A stretch of DNA of 64,000 nt from Minutocellus sp. GHC0000111 (GCA_977018835.1 OZ361257.1:4898001-4962000); one strand, 5' to 3'. Positions 1-12,364 are shown, numbered from the stretch's first letter. Notes: generated from the sequence alone by a model not told the origin. A program made the numbers and translations.

Positions 1-610
1 TGCATGAATGGTGAAGGTAAGACGGTATTGCATACTTGTCTTGATAATCCGTCATCCCTGAAAAGCCTCCGCGATGACGATCGAGCCACCTTTGCAGTTC
101 TTGCTGCATCTTCTTGCATTACAAAGAACTTTGGCGATTACAAATCCAGTGCCCCTGGATCGAAGATTTTCATAGCAGGGAGCGACATGTCATTTGGGAC
201 GCCACTGCTGAGATCAATCCGATTTCACAACAATGATTCCTTTCGGCTTCTAGCAGATTTTGGAGCATTCTTGACAGATGGAGACATTTTGCTTGTGACA
301 AGGAGAAAGCTCTTGCGTAGACTGAGCAAGATGATCGACAGTTATTATGAATCAATTGGGCAGGGTGTTAAAAATATAGACACGTGGTCGGAGGCGTTGG
401 ATTGGTCATTTCCGCCTACGTGGAAAAATGTTGTTCGACTGAGCGGATTTTGTGGTCTACCAGAAGGTGTATTCAAGTCGCACCCTGGTTCCTTTCTTGC
501 CACGCCACTGGTTTTGCACCCCCGCTCAGCTGGCTGGTGAAAGCACCCCTTCCAGAGTCCTTGCTTCCATGGGTGAATTGGAGCTAAGATATCGCAATCA
601 GCATGTATGA
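1..610 (+). CDS. Ankyrin-like repeat protein, 5'-partial, +1 frameshift at ~484; paralog of 1961..3049
   Basis: GEGKTVLHT, GTPLLRSI and WSEALDWSFPPTWK motifs are shared with the 1961..3049 protein. Removing one C from caccctg (481-487) restores LVPFLPRHWF and reads to TGA 608-610. Confidence 0.65.
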
Positions 611-680
611 TAATCATTTCTGTATTAGCAATAATAGTATTCAATTAGCCCTGTAAAGTAAAGATAGCTTATGATTCCGC

Positions 681-1589
681 TTAAGTTACCGATATCAGCT
701 TAAAATCCTCTTCGTTGCCCGGAAATGGGAGGACTTCTGCATCCAATCCATTCTTTGCCGCTTCCTCGACAAACTTATCTCTATTCTCGCGATTGGATGG
801 GTCCACAATGAGAGCTCTGCCAATTATTTCCTCGCCATCTTCTCCAACATAACTGATAGCTTCCTCGGCTACCAATAGATACGATAGTAGCTTCGCAAGG
901 TGCACAGCTGCGTCTGCGTCATACAAAACGTCCGATGCGCACGCAAAGTCGAATTCTCCTCTGGCCTTGGGCCAAGTTGATGGATCTGACCAATCCAACT
1001 TGAGTCGATCCACGGACTTGATGGATGGTTTGGGCATTACTTCAATCTGTTCTGTACATGACCTAATTGCAAGCCTCAAGACCTCTTCATCGATGTCACT
1101 TACTGCCAACTTGGACGGCTTTCCCAAGAGAATCGCCAACGAAGCCAGCCCCAAACCCGACCCTACGTCGATACATTTTCTCCCAGCAACGAAACTCGGA
1201 CAGTTGGCAATTAATCGAGCAAGCTGTAGCGACGAGGGCCAGACAACGTCTCCTCGACCGCGTAGCTCCCCATACTTGTCGAGGAGTGCCGCTCTCGCCG
1301 ATGAGCCGGCGGATGCCGACGCTAATTTCTTCATGTCCTTTTTGTTGATTTGGTCTGGCGCCAGCTGATCAGGCGGGACGTTAATGTAGACCGTCTTGGC
1401 TGGGCCCAGGATAATCTCCTGAAGCTCTGGTTGGTTGGACGGTGGCGGTGCCACCTTTGTGGGAGCGGCACCGAAGCCCCCTCCGCCGCTCTTTTTCGCT
1501 GGTGCTCTATTCCTCTTTCCGCCCTTCTTGGCGGCAAAACCACTGCAGTCGGGGGTAAGCAGCAATAATATTATGGTAGAGAGGCGCAT
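681..1589 (-). CDS. METTL21/Methyltransf_16-type SAM-dependent protein methyltransferase, probably plastid-targeted
   Basis: VVWPSSLQLA, DVGSGLGL and ASDVLY motifs; N-terminal signal peptide ending CSG-F. Confidence 0.8.
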   Translation of the reverse strand: MRLSTIILLLLTPDCSGFAAKKGGKRNRAPAKKSGGGGFGAAPTKVAPPPSNQPELQEIILGPAKTVYINVPPDQLAPDQINKKDMKKLASASAGSSARAALLDKYGELRGRGDVVWPSSLQLARLIANCPSFVAGRKCIDVGSGLGLASLAILLGKPSKLAVSDIDEEVLRLAIRSCTEQIEVMPKPSIKSVDRLKLDWSDPSTWPKARGEFDFACASDVLYDADAAVHLAKLLSYLLVAEEAISYVGEDGEEIIGRALIVDPSNRENRDKFVEEAAKNGLDAEVLPFPGNEEDFKLISVT

Positions 1590-1960
1590 GGCTGTGATTT
1601 ATTGCGTTTGGGGACACCAGATACCCAAACGTTGCAAAGTCTGCAAGTTGCGGAAGCGCCACTGCTCTGCTGCTGCTGCGGCATGGAGCAAATCGCCGTA
1701 CGACGGAAAGACATAAATCTTTTGGTATGGATCTTTCGTTGTCAGCCACCACCGGCCGAGCCTGATCTCAAGTGCAATTGGCTTCATCCCACGCCGTCGA
1801 GCAATAGTTGGTAGATTGCTTGAAACTCGACTGGTCGTTCCACGGTTATGACAACTCTCTCAAACAGGTCGTGTAATCATCCCTTGTTCTCAAGAGATCT
1901 ACCACATTAGATCGGTCACACCATTCTTTTGCCCTACTCTCGCAGCTCTTGATTCCTAAC

Positions 1961-3049
1961 ATGTTGTCACCACTTCGTCGAAGCAAACGCTCTCGGCCAA
2001 AAGATCCCATGACAATGGTGGACGAATCGCATTTTCAAAGCAAACTGAAATTGGCTATGGAGTCAGGAGGCCTTGGGGGCATAAAAAGACTCAGTTGTTT
2101 GATTGAGAGAGCAAGTGATCGCGACATTTCGAGCATGGACTCTGCATGGTGTCCGCTTGCTCTTGCCGTGATGATATGTGGTATCGCGTCCACAGCGACA
2201 TCGATAAATGAGCATTTTGAGGACGAGCTGTTGATTCTCATCGAAACGTGTAGTCGACGAGGCATTTCCGTAGATCGGGGTTGCCGCACTTACATGTCCC
2301 AGAGACTTATACGTCCTCTTGTATTAGCTGCTTATTATGGCTTACATCGATCAGTTGAAGCACTAATTGACGCCGGTGCTACACCAGATCTAGCCGATGG
2401 AGAAGGCAAGACGGCTCTTCATACTGCCCTCGTAAACCCGTTTTGTGCAAGAACTTGGCGTGACTGTGATCGACTCACTGCGGAGCTACTTTTTAGGCAC
2501 AATATTGTCACATCGAGTCACCTCGAGTGGAAAACGGGCGGTGGCGGAAAAAATTACATCAATTGCTCAGATCACACCGGGAGTGCACTACTGACTGCCA
2601 TTAGGCATAAAAATATTGATGCCGCAGCCCTGCTTTGTGATCATGGAGCAGTTTTGACAGATCATGACTGCATACTTGTACACCGGTACGACATGACATT
2701 TCGGGGTTGGTTCCCCTTTCTTTCTCACGTTGTGAGGCGGAATTTGAGCATGCCTGCGCTTTCAGACTCGACGCACGAGTCTACGTCTTGGTCAGAGGCA
2801 TTTGATTTCACATTTCCACCAACGTGGAAAGTCGCCGTTGCCCTCTGTGGTTCATGCGGTCTTCCAGAAGATATCTTCAAGGCAAAAGTTATTCCGTTCC
2901 TACCACGTCACTGGTTTTATACTGATGTACAGCTCAAGCGAATACCACCACGCCTAGGTGCTTCGCTTGGAACATGGGATATAGACCGTCGAAATGGATG
3001 GATGCGGAAGCCTTCCGTAAATACCGTGGATTACTCAGGGCAGCTTTAA
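1961..3049 (+). CDS. Ankyrin-repeat protein
   Basis: PLVLAAYYGLHRSVEALIDAGA, GKTALHTA and SALLTAIRHKNIDAAALLCDHGA ankyrin-like units. Confidence 0.75.
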   Translation: MLSPLRRSKRSRPKDPMTMVDESHFQSKLKLAMESGGLGGIKRLSCLIERASDRDISSMDSAWCPLALAVMICGIASTATSINEHFEDELLILIETCSRRGISVDRGCRTYMSQRLIRPLVLAAYYGLHRSVEALIDAGATPDLADGEGKTALHTALVNPFCARTWRDCDRLTAELLFRHNIVTSSHLEWKTGGGGKNYINCSDHTGSALLTAIRHKNIDAAALLCDHGAVLTDHDCILVHRYDMTFRGWFPFLSHVVRRNLSMPALSDSTHESTSWSEAFDFTFPPTWKVAVALCGSCGLPEDIFKAKVIPFLPRHWFYTDVQLKRIPPRLGASLGTWDIDRRNGWMRKPSVNTVDYSGQL

Positions 3050-3099
3050 AACTTAAAAATTCTTCTAGGGACCCCATGCTGCGATTTCTGCCTCGTATG

Positions 3100-6000
3100 C
3101 TACTTATCCACGTCCGTCGGCTCAGGAACTTTTGAATCCTTTGCATTGTCTCCCTCGGGTTTCTCCCCCACTTTCGTCTCTTTGGCATGATTTTCCTCCT
3201 CGCTCAGATCTACTTTTTTCTTCGACGGCTCCAGCAGTTTCGCGAGGCTCGCATCATCGATTCCAAACTTTTCCTTCCATTGCGATAAATGGGGCTCGGG
3301 AACTATCGCTAGCATTTTTTCGTACTCTGCCTTGACAGGTGCAAATTGATCGCCTCCAAACTTCCAGGCCTCTGCAAACGACGATTTCCTACCGCTGCTC
3401 TCCTCAGCAGCCTTGATGGCATCTTCGGCGAGGCTCAGCATGGTATCTCGAGGCAAAACTACGTTGCCAAAGTGAGTCCACTCGTTCAACAGCTTGACGA
3501 AGCATTCATGAACCGGAAGGCACATGTTACTCGAGTTCTGTTTATTACCTCGAATCCAACCGATCCAAGAAGACATGACCAAATCTCTTACCCCATGAGA
3601 AAGATTGCGCTTGTATCGGAGCAAAGCTTGCGATAGAGACATGAAGAAGGACCAATCAGCTCCCAAACTTCCTCCAGATAGCCCATCCAGTGCAGCACAA
3701 AATCTTGGAAGCTGCGCCGATAGAGCAGCTTCATTCGATTGGCCAGGCTGGATAATATGAATCATGGAGCCTTCTGCAAGTGCTCGGAGGGCGGTGAGAG
3801 ACGAGGCGTCTTCCCACGGTTTCGAGTCAGCAGCTGGTCTCGCTGGAAGGGATGATGACGAGGCATCGTGCAGGTCGCCGCCGGAAGCAACTCGTCGATC
3901 AAGGTCGGACTGCAATAACAACCCAGCGAGCAGTGGCAAATATTTACGAAGAGATGCAAACGGCACGTTGACAGCGGCGGCAGCTGCTGGGTCCAAATTG
4001 TCAGTATCTACCGGAATCTTGGTCAAGCCAGCATCGGGCACAATGAAACGCTTACCTCGAACAGCACAAAGTTGAGTTGCAAATTGCGTAATGCAAAGCA
4101 ACTGAAGGAGTGATGGGACGATGGAGTGGGCGGCAGGAATAGACTTGCCCCCAAGCACATCAGCTCGGAGAGATCGGAGGATCCTATCCAGGATGATTCG
4201 CACCACAAATGGATCGGAAAGTAGCATGGTGGCGATACAGGGCATACTTGGATAGTCCATATCCTTCTTTCGTCGCTTAGCCTTGGACGGTGGAAGTGGA
4301 TCAACGTCGGTTCCCTTGAGCTTGGTGATGGCGTTGTCGTCAGTACTGCCGGATGCATCCTTGAGGGCCTTGGAGATCTTGTCGGCACGGCGCTTTCGCT
4401 CTTCGGCAGTGTCCAAAACGGCCTTCTTCTTCTTGGCCTCATCCTGCTGGTCGGCCCGTTCCAGTTGCTTTCTTCGTTTGGCGGTCTCCTTTTTGTACAA
4501 TTCGCGGGCCTGGGACAGAATGTCGTCCTTCCATACCTTCTCTTGTCGTCGAGCCTCGCCACGGAACCACGTTCCGTCCTTGCCAATGTTGTACTTGATG
4601 CAGTTGGAGTACATGAGACGGACGTCGCGTTCATATTCCGATAGGTGGCCGTACTCCATCTCCTCGGCCTTGTCTTCGATGGTGCGAATGCACATGGGTT
4701 CCTTGATGACCTTGGAATAACCCGGGGCGATTTCGTCGGTGACTGGATTCAGAAACAATCCCCGTGGATCGGCCTCACGCATGGCACGAACAGCCGCGGT
4801 GATAATCTTGCGCAGCAGCTTGTGCTGATAATCCGAGTCATCCCGATCGATGGCCTTGGTCCCACTACCACCGCCACTCCTGGCCTTGGCCATGGCGGCC
4901 GCCTCGGCCTCGTGCTTGGCCCTGGCGGCGGCCGCCTCCATGGAATTCGCGGCCCCGTCGCCCTCGTTCACGTCGCGCTGTTGGAAGATGATGCGCAGGC
5001 ATCCCTGGATCTGGGAGACGGCATCGTCGGTGATGGTCCCGGCGCGGACGCAGCCGTCCAGTATCTTGGCCAGGATGCCAACGTGCTCGTATTGCCGTGG
5101 CAGCTGCTTGTAGGTGAGGAGAATGTCGGCCGCGAGGGTGCAGTGCAGGTAGGACGATCCACCGAGGACCGTATCGGCGTTGGTATTGGCAGTACTGGAG
5201 GCTGATGTAGATGTGGATGAAGAGGTGGACGCGTCGGCGGGAGCATGCTTGCCGTGCTCGGCAATGAGCATGTTCATCACGGCCCCCATGAGCTTGGGCC
5301 GATCGCCAATGATATCGCGAATGGTGGCAACGGCATGCGCCGACGACGACATGGCAGTTGATGATTCTGATGCGCCGGCTGCCGCAACCTTGGACTTGTC
5401 CTCCGCCCCACCATTACTGTTCGACTTGCTGCCACCCCCCACTCCAGTCAACGACGCCAGTGCCGTGGTCGTGGTCTTGGTAACACCCGATGCAGAAGCA
5501 CCACCACTACCACCACCAGCAGCAGCAGCCGAGGCAGCCGATACCACCCTTCGGGCCACGGTGTGCACCCTCCGTTCCCTCACACTCTGAACAAACGCCA
5601 GGTCGGCACCTCTCCGAACCTTGTCATCCTCGCAGTACTCCACAACGGCCGGTCGGATCAGATCCGACAATACGTTGGGCGAAGTCAGTGATCCCTCCCC
5701 GGATGGATCGACGTTATTTTTGTTGGATGGGCCAGCGGCAGCGGTAGGGCCGTGGTTGGACTCCCAGTCGGCCTCGTACACGAGCCGCTTCATCTTGGGG
5801 GCGAACTGCTGCAGCAGCGCCGAATGCTTGATCCTGGTGGCAGTCGTCTTTTGGGAGGCGCCCTTTCGTTCCTCGTCTGTCTTTTCATCCCCCACTTTAT
5901 TGTTGTCGCCATCATTGGCAGTATCGTTGCCGCTATCGTCTTCCACTTCCACCACCTCCCGCTCCGCCAATCTTACCAGCAACTCGCGGGGAGTGCCCTC

Positions 6001-6513
6001 CCCCAACTTTTTCACCAGCGCCGACACCACCGGCCGCAGTTCGGGCACGGCCACGAACGACCACGCGCTGGACAGCAATCCCAGCAGGATTTGGACGCAG
6101 TGCGGATTTGTGAGGGAGGTGCGCTCAATGTCCGACTCCAGCGTGGTTAGGAGGGTGGTGGCCAGGCGCTGGTGGATGGCGGCGTGCGTCAAGGCGGGCG
6201 ATAAGTGGTGGAGGAATTGCAGCGCTGGGGTTGGATCGAACGGCTCCACTTGTGCTTGCTTTGCATTGTCATTTTCCGCGCCATCATTATCAGCAACCTC
6301 GTAGTTGGGCGCAGTCCCAAAGGACTTGGCCAGCAGGGCGTGAAGGCTGTGCTCCCGCTGGTACGTGGTGATGGTCGTGGCGGGGTCGGTGCCGCTCGAC
6401 TTGAGGGCCTGGCGGAGGTTCCGACGGGCCAACGGACCCACCGGATACTGCCGGGGGTTGGCCTGCGATAGGCGGGAGGCACCGGCAGAGGGGTTGGTGT
6501 TGCTGTTGGACAT
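3100..6513 (-). CDS. NELF-B/COBRA1-like helical protein fused to a bromodomain
   Basis: Bromodomain LFLNPVTDEIAPGYSKVIKEPM...DVRLMYSNCIKYN (~4590-4790). N-terminal blocks PALQFLH, FVAVPELRPVV, KRLVYE and HCTLAADILL resemble NELF-B. Likely start is the ATG at 6513. Confidence 0.75.
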   Translation of the reverse strand: MSNSNTNPSAGASRLSQANPRQYPVGPLARRNLRQALKSSGTDPATTITTYQREHSLHALLAKSFGTAPNYEVADNDGAENDNAKQAQVEPFDPTPALQFLHHLSPALTHAAIHQRLATTLLTTLESDIERTSLTNPHCVQILLGLLSSAWSFVAVPELRPVVSALVKKLGEGTPRELLVRLAEREVVEVEDDSGNDTANDGDNNKVGDEKTDEERKGASQKTTATRIKHSALLQQFAPKMKRLVYEADWESNHGPTAAAGPSNKNNVDPSGEGSLTSPNVLSDLIRPAVVEYCEDDKVRRGADLAFVQSVRERRVHTVARRVVSAASAAAAGGGSGGASASGVTKTTTTALASLTGVGGGSKSNSNGGAEDKSKVAAAGASESSTAMSSSAHAVATIRDIIGDRPKLMGAVMNMLIAEHGKHAPADASTSSSTSTSASSTANTNADTVLGGSSYLHCTLAADILLTYKQLPRQYEHVGILAKILDGCVRAGTITDDAVSQIQGCLRIIFQQRDVNEGDGAANSMEAAAARAKHEAEAAAMAKARSGGGSGTKAIDRDDSDYQHKLLRKIITAAVRAMREADPRGLFLNPVTDEIAPGYSKVIKEPMCIRTIEDKAEEMEYGHLSEYERDVRLMYSNCIKYNIGKDGTWFRGEARRQEKVWKDDILSQARELYKKETAKRRKQLERADQQDEAKKKKAVLDTAEERKRRADKISKALKDASGSTDDNAITKLKGTDVDPLPPSKAKRRKKDMDYPSMPCIATMLLSDPFVVRIILDRILRSLRADVLGGKSIPAAHSIVPSLLQLLCITQFATQLCAVRGKRFIVPDAGLTKIPVDTDNLDPAAAAAVNVPFASLRKYLPLLAGLLLQSDLDRRVASGGDLHDASSSSLPARPAADSKPWEDASSLTALRALAEGSMIHIIQPGQSNEAALSAQLPRFCAALDGLSGGSLGADWSFFMSLSQALLRYKRNLSHGVRDLVMSSWIGWIRGNKQNSSNMCLPVHECFVKLLNEWTHFGNVVLPRDTMLSLAEDAIKAAEESSGRKSSFAEAWKFGGDQFAPVKAEYEKMLAIVPEPHLSQWKEKFGIDDASLAKLLEPSKKKVDLSEEENHAKETKVGEKPEGDNAKDSKVPEPTDVDK

Positions 6514-6795
6514 GGCTTGGCACCGGTTGGCTAAGCTGGAGATATCAGTCCAGTAGCAACGGCCATGCCATGGAGGCAGCCGCACAAGATGTGCTGGAAA
6601 ATTAGCTTGGAAAAGATACGGGACCAGATAGGTCTGTCCGTCCGTCAACGGAGTTCTGCAAGTCTGCTCAAAATCACTGAGATTATGAAGCAGATCAATG
6701 GAAAACGCAGTTTTAGCTACGTAGCTTGAGAGGTAGGGCATGGCTATGCCAACTAGCCTACAGAAAGCTTCTACTATTGCTATTGCTAGTTCTTT

Positions 6796-9700
6796 TTACC
6801 TAGTCTTCTTGGCCTCCGGCTTGGCAAAGAGCGATGCCAGCATGCTAAAGTCTGGCTGTTCCGACCCAACAACGGCGGCGGAGGGACCACCACCGTATGA
6901 AGAGTCTCCACCGCTCTGCTCCCGTTCAAACACTGATTGTTCCATTTGCTGGGTCCTATTGATGCCGAGGTTGACAGGAAGGGGTGGGGCCTCGTATCGC
7001 ATGCCAAGCTTCTTCTGGACCTCCAGACAATAACTTGCGACCTCTGCCTTGGAGTTGAGGATCGGGCCGATGTTTTGCCACTTCTCCACGTGTTGGAGAA
7101 CAATGACGTACTCAATATAGCCCAGATCAGCCTCGACTCTCGTGGCTCGGAAACCAGAGAGGGCGATCCATTCCCTCGGTCGGTCCTTGACGAACGCTTC
7201 AATGACAGATTTGAACAGCATGACGCGATCGTAGGGGACATCACTGGCAAACTTCATGTAGACGTACACCTGGGCCTTGGGCGAACGGGCGGCGTTGATG
7301 ATCCTTGATTGCGCGAGAGATCCGTTGGAATGTGTCGCCACCTCATTGGTGGCCGCGTAACGGACGGTCGTGGAAAACAAATTGATGGCCTCGACGAACC
7401 ACGTGGCAGAGCCGTTGGCACTGGTGTCGCTTTGGGAGTTGCTAATGTGAATACGGTCTCCGATGTCGTATGGCTGCGTTGCAAGTTTTAGAGAAACGTG
7501 GGAGGTTTAGACGCCAGGACAAAGGATTCATAGGGCGATGAAGTAAGAGAAGTAAGAAAGACACATGTGAACTTACCTTCTGTACGAGAATCAGAAGAAT
7601 TCCTTCAAACATCTTGCTGGCAGCCGAACCGAAACAGAAGGAAAAACTCAAAATGAACTGTGTTGTTGGAAATTGAACGAGGGAGGAGGAAGGTGTTAGA
7701 GACGGAGTTGAGGGGAATGGCATGAATAAGGTCGAATTGAGCACCAACATCAGCAGAACATTGGCAGCGCCGAGATAATACTCACTCCCGATAGCGACAG
7801 AAAGAGCGTCCAGGGATCAAGCTTGATGATCGTCAGGACGATTAGCCATAGAACAAAGTAGAATCCAACATTGACCAGTCGTTCAAAAGCGAGGTCAAGC
7901 TGAGATGAGTTGGCGATGGCCGCTCGAAGAGTCCGCAGATCCTTGTAGATCTTGTCGCAACTTTTGACGAAGTCTAGAGCTGTGAGGCTGCCATCCCGCG
8001 CTGGGCGGAACAATCGAATGAGTTTCCTCGCATTTCTCTCATCGATTTCACCGTTCTTGTTGAGCGTGATGAGGGCAAGGGTATCGAATTGAAGCACGGG
8101 CTTGTCTGGACAGTGAAGCAAGAGACGATTGTACACATCTTGAGCAGATTCGATGCAATTTTCTCTGGTATTGGCCGGGCCAAATGCATAGGAAAATGGG
8201 TGCTTGCTATCTAAACAGAGGACCGCTTGTCTGAACTGAAGGACATCCTGGATTGAAATCGCCTTGGCCCTGTTCCCGACGGTAATGGTTGGTTCCTCCC
8301 ACTCTCCTATTAGCTCGATAAGTTTCATTTTGGCACTATCTCCAAGGGCGCTGTGAACGCGTTGGTTGCCCAGCATTGGGACCTCGACGGTACCCTCACC
8401 AGCAGATACATCGTCCAGGTTGGATGTCTTGGTGGGCATCGTCATGAATGTTCGAGTGGACTGAAGGTCCTCCGTATTGGCACGATACCGAAGCATGCTC
8501 TCTCTGAGATTAGTTGGGGCAGGGACCGGTGCCGATGTGGGTGGGGGGACCGGGGAATTTCGGCTAATTGGGTTTTCCGAACTATTTTTTGACGTTGGAG
8601 ATACAGGAGGAGAAGGCTGGGACGCCTTGGATTTAGATTCTACATCATCTTCATCGTCGCTGCTATCTGAGTCATCATCGGCTCGTTTGACATTTCGTAG
8701 CCTCTTTAGATCGAATGCCTTGTTCTGAACGCGCCTGTAAGGAGTATCGCCATCATCAAGGCCGTAGTTTTCTTCAATCTCAGCCGCTAGATGGGCAATC
8801 TCGGTGACAAAGAGCATGCGTTTCATCAACTTCTCCAGCTTCCAGCTGTACTGCAAAGTCGACTGTTTGCCCTGATACAGTGCAAGAGTTACTCTCTTGA
8901 TGGCGACGGCACAACCCAGTACAAGCATAGCGATGAGGATGCGAAAGTATGTGTCGCTCTGTGTCACAGTGCCCGCGGGGTTGCAGTAAGGATACGTGAT
9001 GTTCTGTGTATTTCCGGTGGGATCATAATAGCATTCGCCGAACCATCCAACGCCTCGCGTGGTGTTTGTGAAGCCATCGGTGGCCGCTTCAAAGTCAAAG
9101 CTTTTTGGCCCTAGATAAAACAGCCAATGCTTTGCAAATGCATGTTTGCCTTGCAAGAAGGCAAAGTTCCACACAGCCCAGAAAGTGACGATGTATGGCC
9201 AACCTCGAGCCTGGATAATGAGGAGCGAAACGAACGGCCCGAATAGCTTCAGAACAGAACGCGTACGAAGGGTGAAGACATCGACCATCAGAACCTCGGT
9301 GAATCGAGACAGTGCCAAGGTACAGACCTGTCGAGCACCTATGAACATCACCCACCAACTATAAGAAGCGAATGCAAGGGGGTTTTGTCTTCTTTCCTTG
9401 GGAGTTCCAGTCATTGGGTTGTCGGCGACATAAAACAACATGGCAGATATGAATAGCGCCGGCAAGATAATAAAGCCAACAAGATACTTGATCATCTTCT
9501 TCAATTTGAGAGACGAAGACACGTCTTGGTATATGACGGAGAAATTCTTCTCAAAGGAATTCCAACAACGAAAACACGGCAACCGGGAGAGACAAGAGTG
9601 TCCGTTGCTGTCCTTCTTCTTGCTGTTGCTTCCGGAAGGACTGTCGCGACCGCCGCTGGGCTCATCTACGAAGGCATCAGCGGCGGCGTTTGCCCCGGCA

Positions 9701-11525
9701 TCTGCAGCGGCCGCAGCGGCCTTTTGAGCTGCACTTGCAGCTGCTGCCGACTTGAATGCATTGACGGCATCATTGGCTGCCCCTTCGCTTTGGACATGTT
9801 CTCGGACCATGGCCCAGCGAGAGGCTGCGGTGGGCTTTGGACTAGGGGGCCTGCTGTTGCTGGGCCTCGACGTCGTAAGAATCCGACTCTTTTCTGCGAC
9901 GCTGCTCACGCTCTTCCTCATACTTCCTCGCCTCTTCTTCGTCTTTGAGCTTGTTGGGCAGACCAAGCATCTTGTTCATATTCTTGACCATCATGTCGCC
10001 AGCACTTATTGGATCATCGTCGCTATCGGAGTCCGACGACTCCAGCTTCTGAAGCCTTGTAGATGGTGTTGATTCTTTCAGATGTTGGCTGGAGCTATCC
10101 TTGGAGCCTACAGTGTGGAGCATCTGTCGGCTTCCGCCACTGCCATCAACTAGGTTCCGGGTCGACTGGGCAGCCTTGTACGCGGCGGCGGCCTTGAGAA
10201 GATACCCACCGGTGCCGCCGCTGGTGCTGGTGTTGGCGCGTGCCCGGCCTGCCCCGGTCTGAGCATTCTTCAATTGGGCGGCGATATCTTCAAACTTCAT
10301 ACCGGCAGAAGAGGCTACAGGAGATCGCTTCGGGCTCTTGGTGACACTTCGAGTGGGACTCGGCGGAGGTCGGGGGGCGGTGGAAGTTGAAACGGTGAGG
10401 CTTGGGCGTTCCTTGGACTCTTGCTGAAGATCAACCAATGAGTTGGAGCTGGCAGCGGCTGCAATTCCTGCCATAACACCAGCGGCAGCAGCACTTTCTT
10501 GCTCTTCTTCCTTCACCATCTGAAGGGCGGCATCTGGAATGCCACTAAGGATGCCGGTCTTTTCACCTGAATCTACTGGGGACGCTAGAATAGCATCATT
10601 GCCATGAAGGGCCCGCTCGAGCTCCAGATTTTCATGGGCGGGGTGGTTGTTGTGTTCCCATTCTCGGGCCTCGAGAGCACGAATGATGGCGTTCTCAGCT
10701 TCATCCTCAAGCGGGTTGGACTGTGCAATGAACATAGAAGGGGGAAGGTTGAGTGAGAAAAAAAATATTCAATGCTTGCCTTCTTGGTGATGCAAGCAAG
10801 GCACATTAAAAATATAGGCTTACCGTCAAATCCGTCAACGTGATTCGAGTGTTGGTCCGCTGGTGGCCAGGATTTGGAGAAAGATTAGAAATAATAGAGT
10901 CCACAGTCTTGTTCCTCTGCACTTGACGCTTAGGCTTGAGCGAGGGAGGAAGCGGGCCCGTGGGAGCAGCAGCGCCGCCACCACTGATACCGTTCATGGT
11001 GCCTCCTCTGCCACCTCCAGTGCCGGTGAGATCGGGTTGCTGCAGATTGACGCTACCAGTGGATGGGCTATCCGCTGATCCCTTGCTACTTGGGGCGTCG
11101 TAAACGCCCCAACTGACATTGCGTTTGTGACCACCCTTGGGCAATTGGTTGCGATGAGTGACGGTCTTCTGGTTCTCGGCCAACTCCTGCTGTTGCATAT
11201 CTTCCTCGGATACAGCCGAGAGGGCCGACACCTCGCTTTCGTCGCCCATTGATGCCTTGCGCAAGGGTGAGTGGCCCCGTCGGACACCGCCGGGCGCCAG
11301 CGGGGGTCTTGCAGCGGGTGATTTTGGGGGCGAGCTGCCAAGAGCAGGAGGAGGCGGCGGCGGGCCTTGCGATTGAGATGCGGCCTGATCGGACCGAGCA
11401 TCGACGTAGTCGCCAATGCCCGAAGATGCCACTGATAGATTTGTCGGTGCATCACCCGATGGATCCCGGCTGTGATCCCCTGGGCGGGGCAGATTGTCCC
11501 CGTTTTCGCTCCCGTACGGACTCAT
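6796..11525 (-). CDS. MscS-like mechanosensitive channel (paralog 1), 4 exons, frameshift in G5 run at 9845-9849
   Basis: PYDIGDRI, TTVRYAATNEVATHSNGSLAQSRIINAARSP motifs; GT-AG introns 10823-10721, 7785-7658, 7576-7474 restore the frame; EF-hand-like FRPARDGSLTALDF precedes the channel domain. Confidence 0.88.
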
Positions 11526-12364
11526 TCTACCTATCTTTCTTTTTTTGTGTATTTTCGTGCTGATGAAAAGGGGCCGAAATATTCTTTGCAATGAATGAAT
11601 CGATTCGATTTCGAGGGTTATCCGACGCAATCAATTCAATCTAATCTGAAAGATGAAGCGCTAACGACGAAGTTGGAGTATCAGTGTAAGTTTTCTTCCC
11701 GGATCGTGTAGATCAATATGGATGTTCCGGCAAGAGTTTTTGTCGGTCAAGTTCGATCGATTTCCAATCGAACGCTTTTGCAGGAAAACCAGCGCAAGAT
11801 GTGCCGCCTGCTCGAACAACAAGGCGTTTGTTGAAAGAGCTGAGCGATCAGTCCAACTCAAGGATGAACCATTCCTCTGCACTTGCAGCCCCGGCAAATG
11901 GGATGGCACTTCGTCGAGGTTCTCGTTTCGCTCCTTGCGATTGCGTGCCCAGGCAGCAATGCAACCGATTTGCAACGTGATGGCTTGAAGAGGAGCGTCT
12001 GCGTGTGGGAGAGACCGCAGACTTATCGCGTTGAAACCCAGACGAGTGATCAATGCGATTCAATTATCGGAGGGTTATTATGGGCACAGTTATCCACTGA
12101 TTGCTCTTCGTGCAGATACGCCGTTATCTTGTAACGCCTTCTGCCGATCGGTCGTGGTGAGCAGAGATGCGGACCTGCAGAATGATGAGAAAGATGAACG
12201 GCGACGGAGCAGGGCAGGCCCTTTTGTGTCTTGTTGACGTTGAAAAGAATCAAATCTTCCTTCCCCCGAATGCTTGGGAGATGCACGTCACTCTTTTTTG
12301 ACTCGCTCGACTTCTCTCGCGTTCCTTTTCAAGGGGCTCGATTCACACTCTCCGTGCTCGATTA

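Noticed and set aside
6514..6741. N-terminal ORF extension of the bromodomain gene (similarly 58609-58953 for the TBC-TLDc gene)
   Set aside because: Reads like intergenic or UTR sequence; downstream ATGs are more plausible starts.
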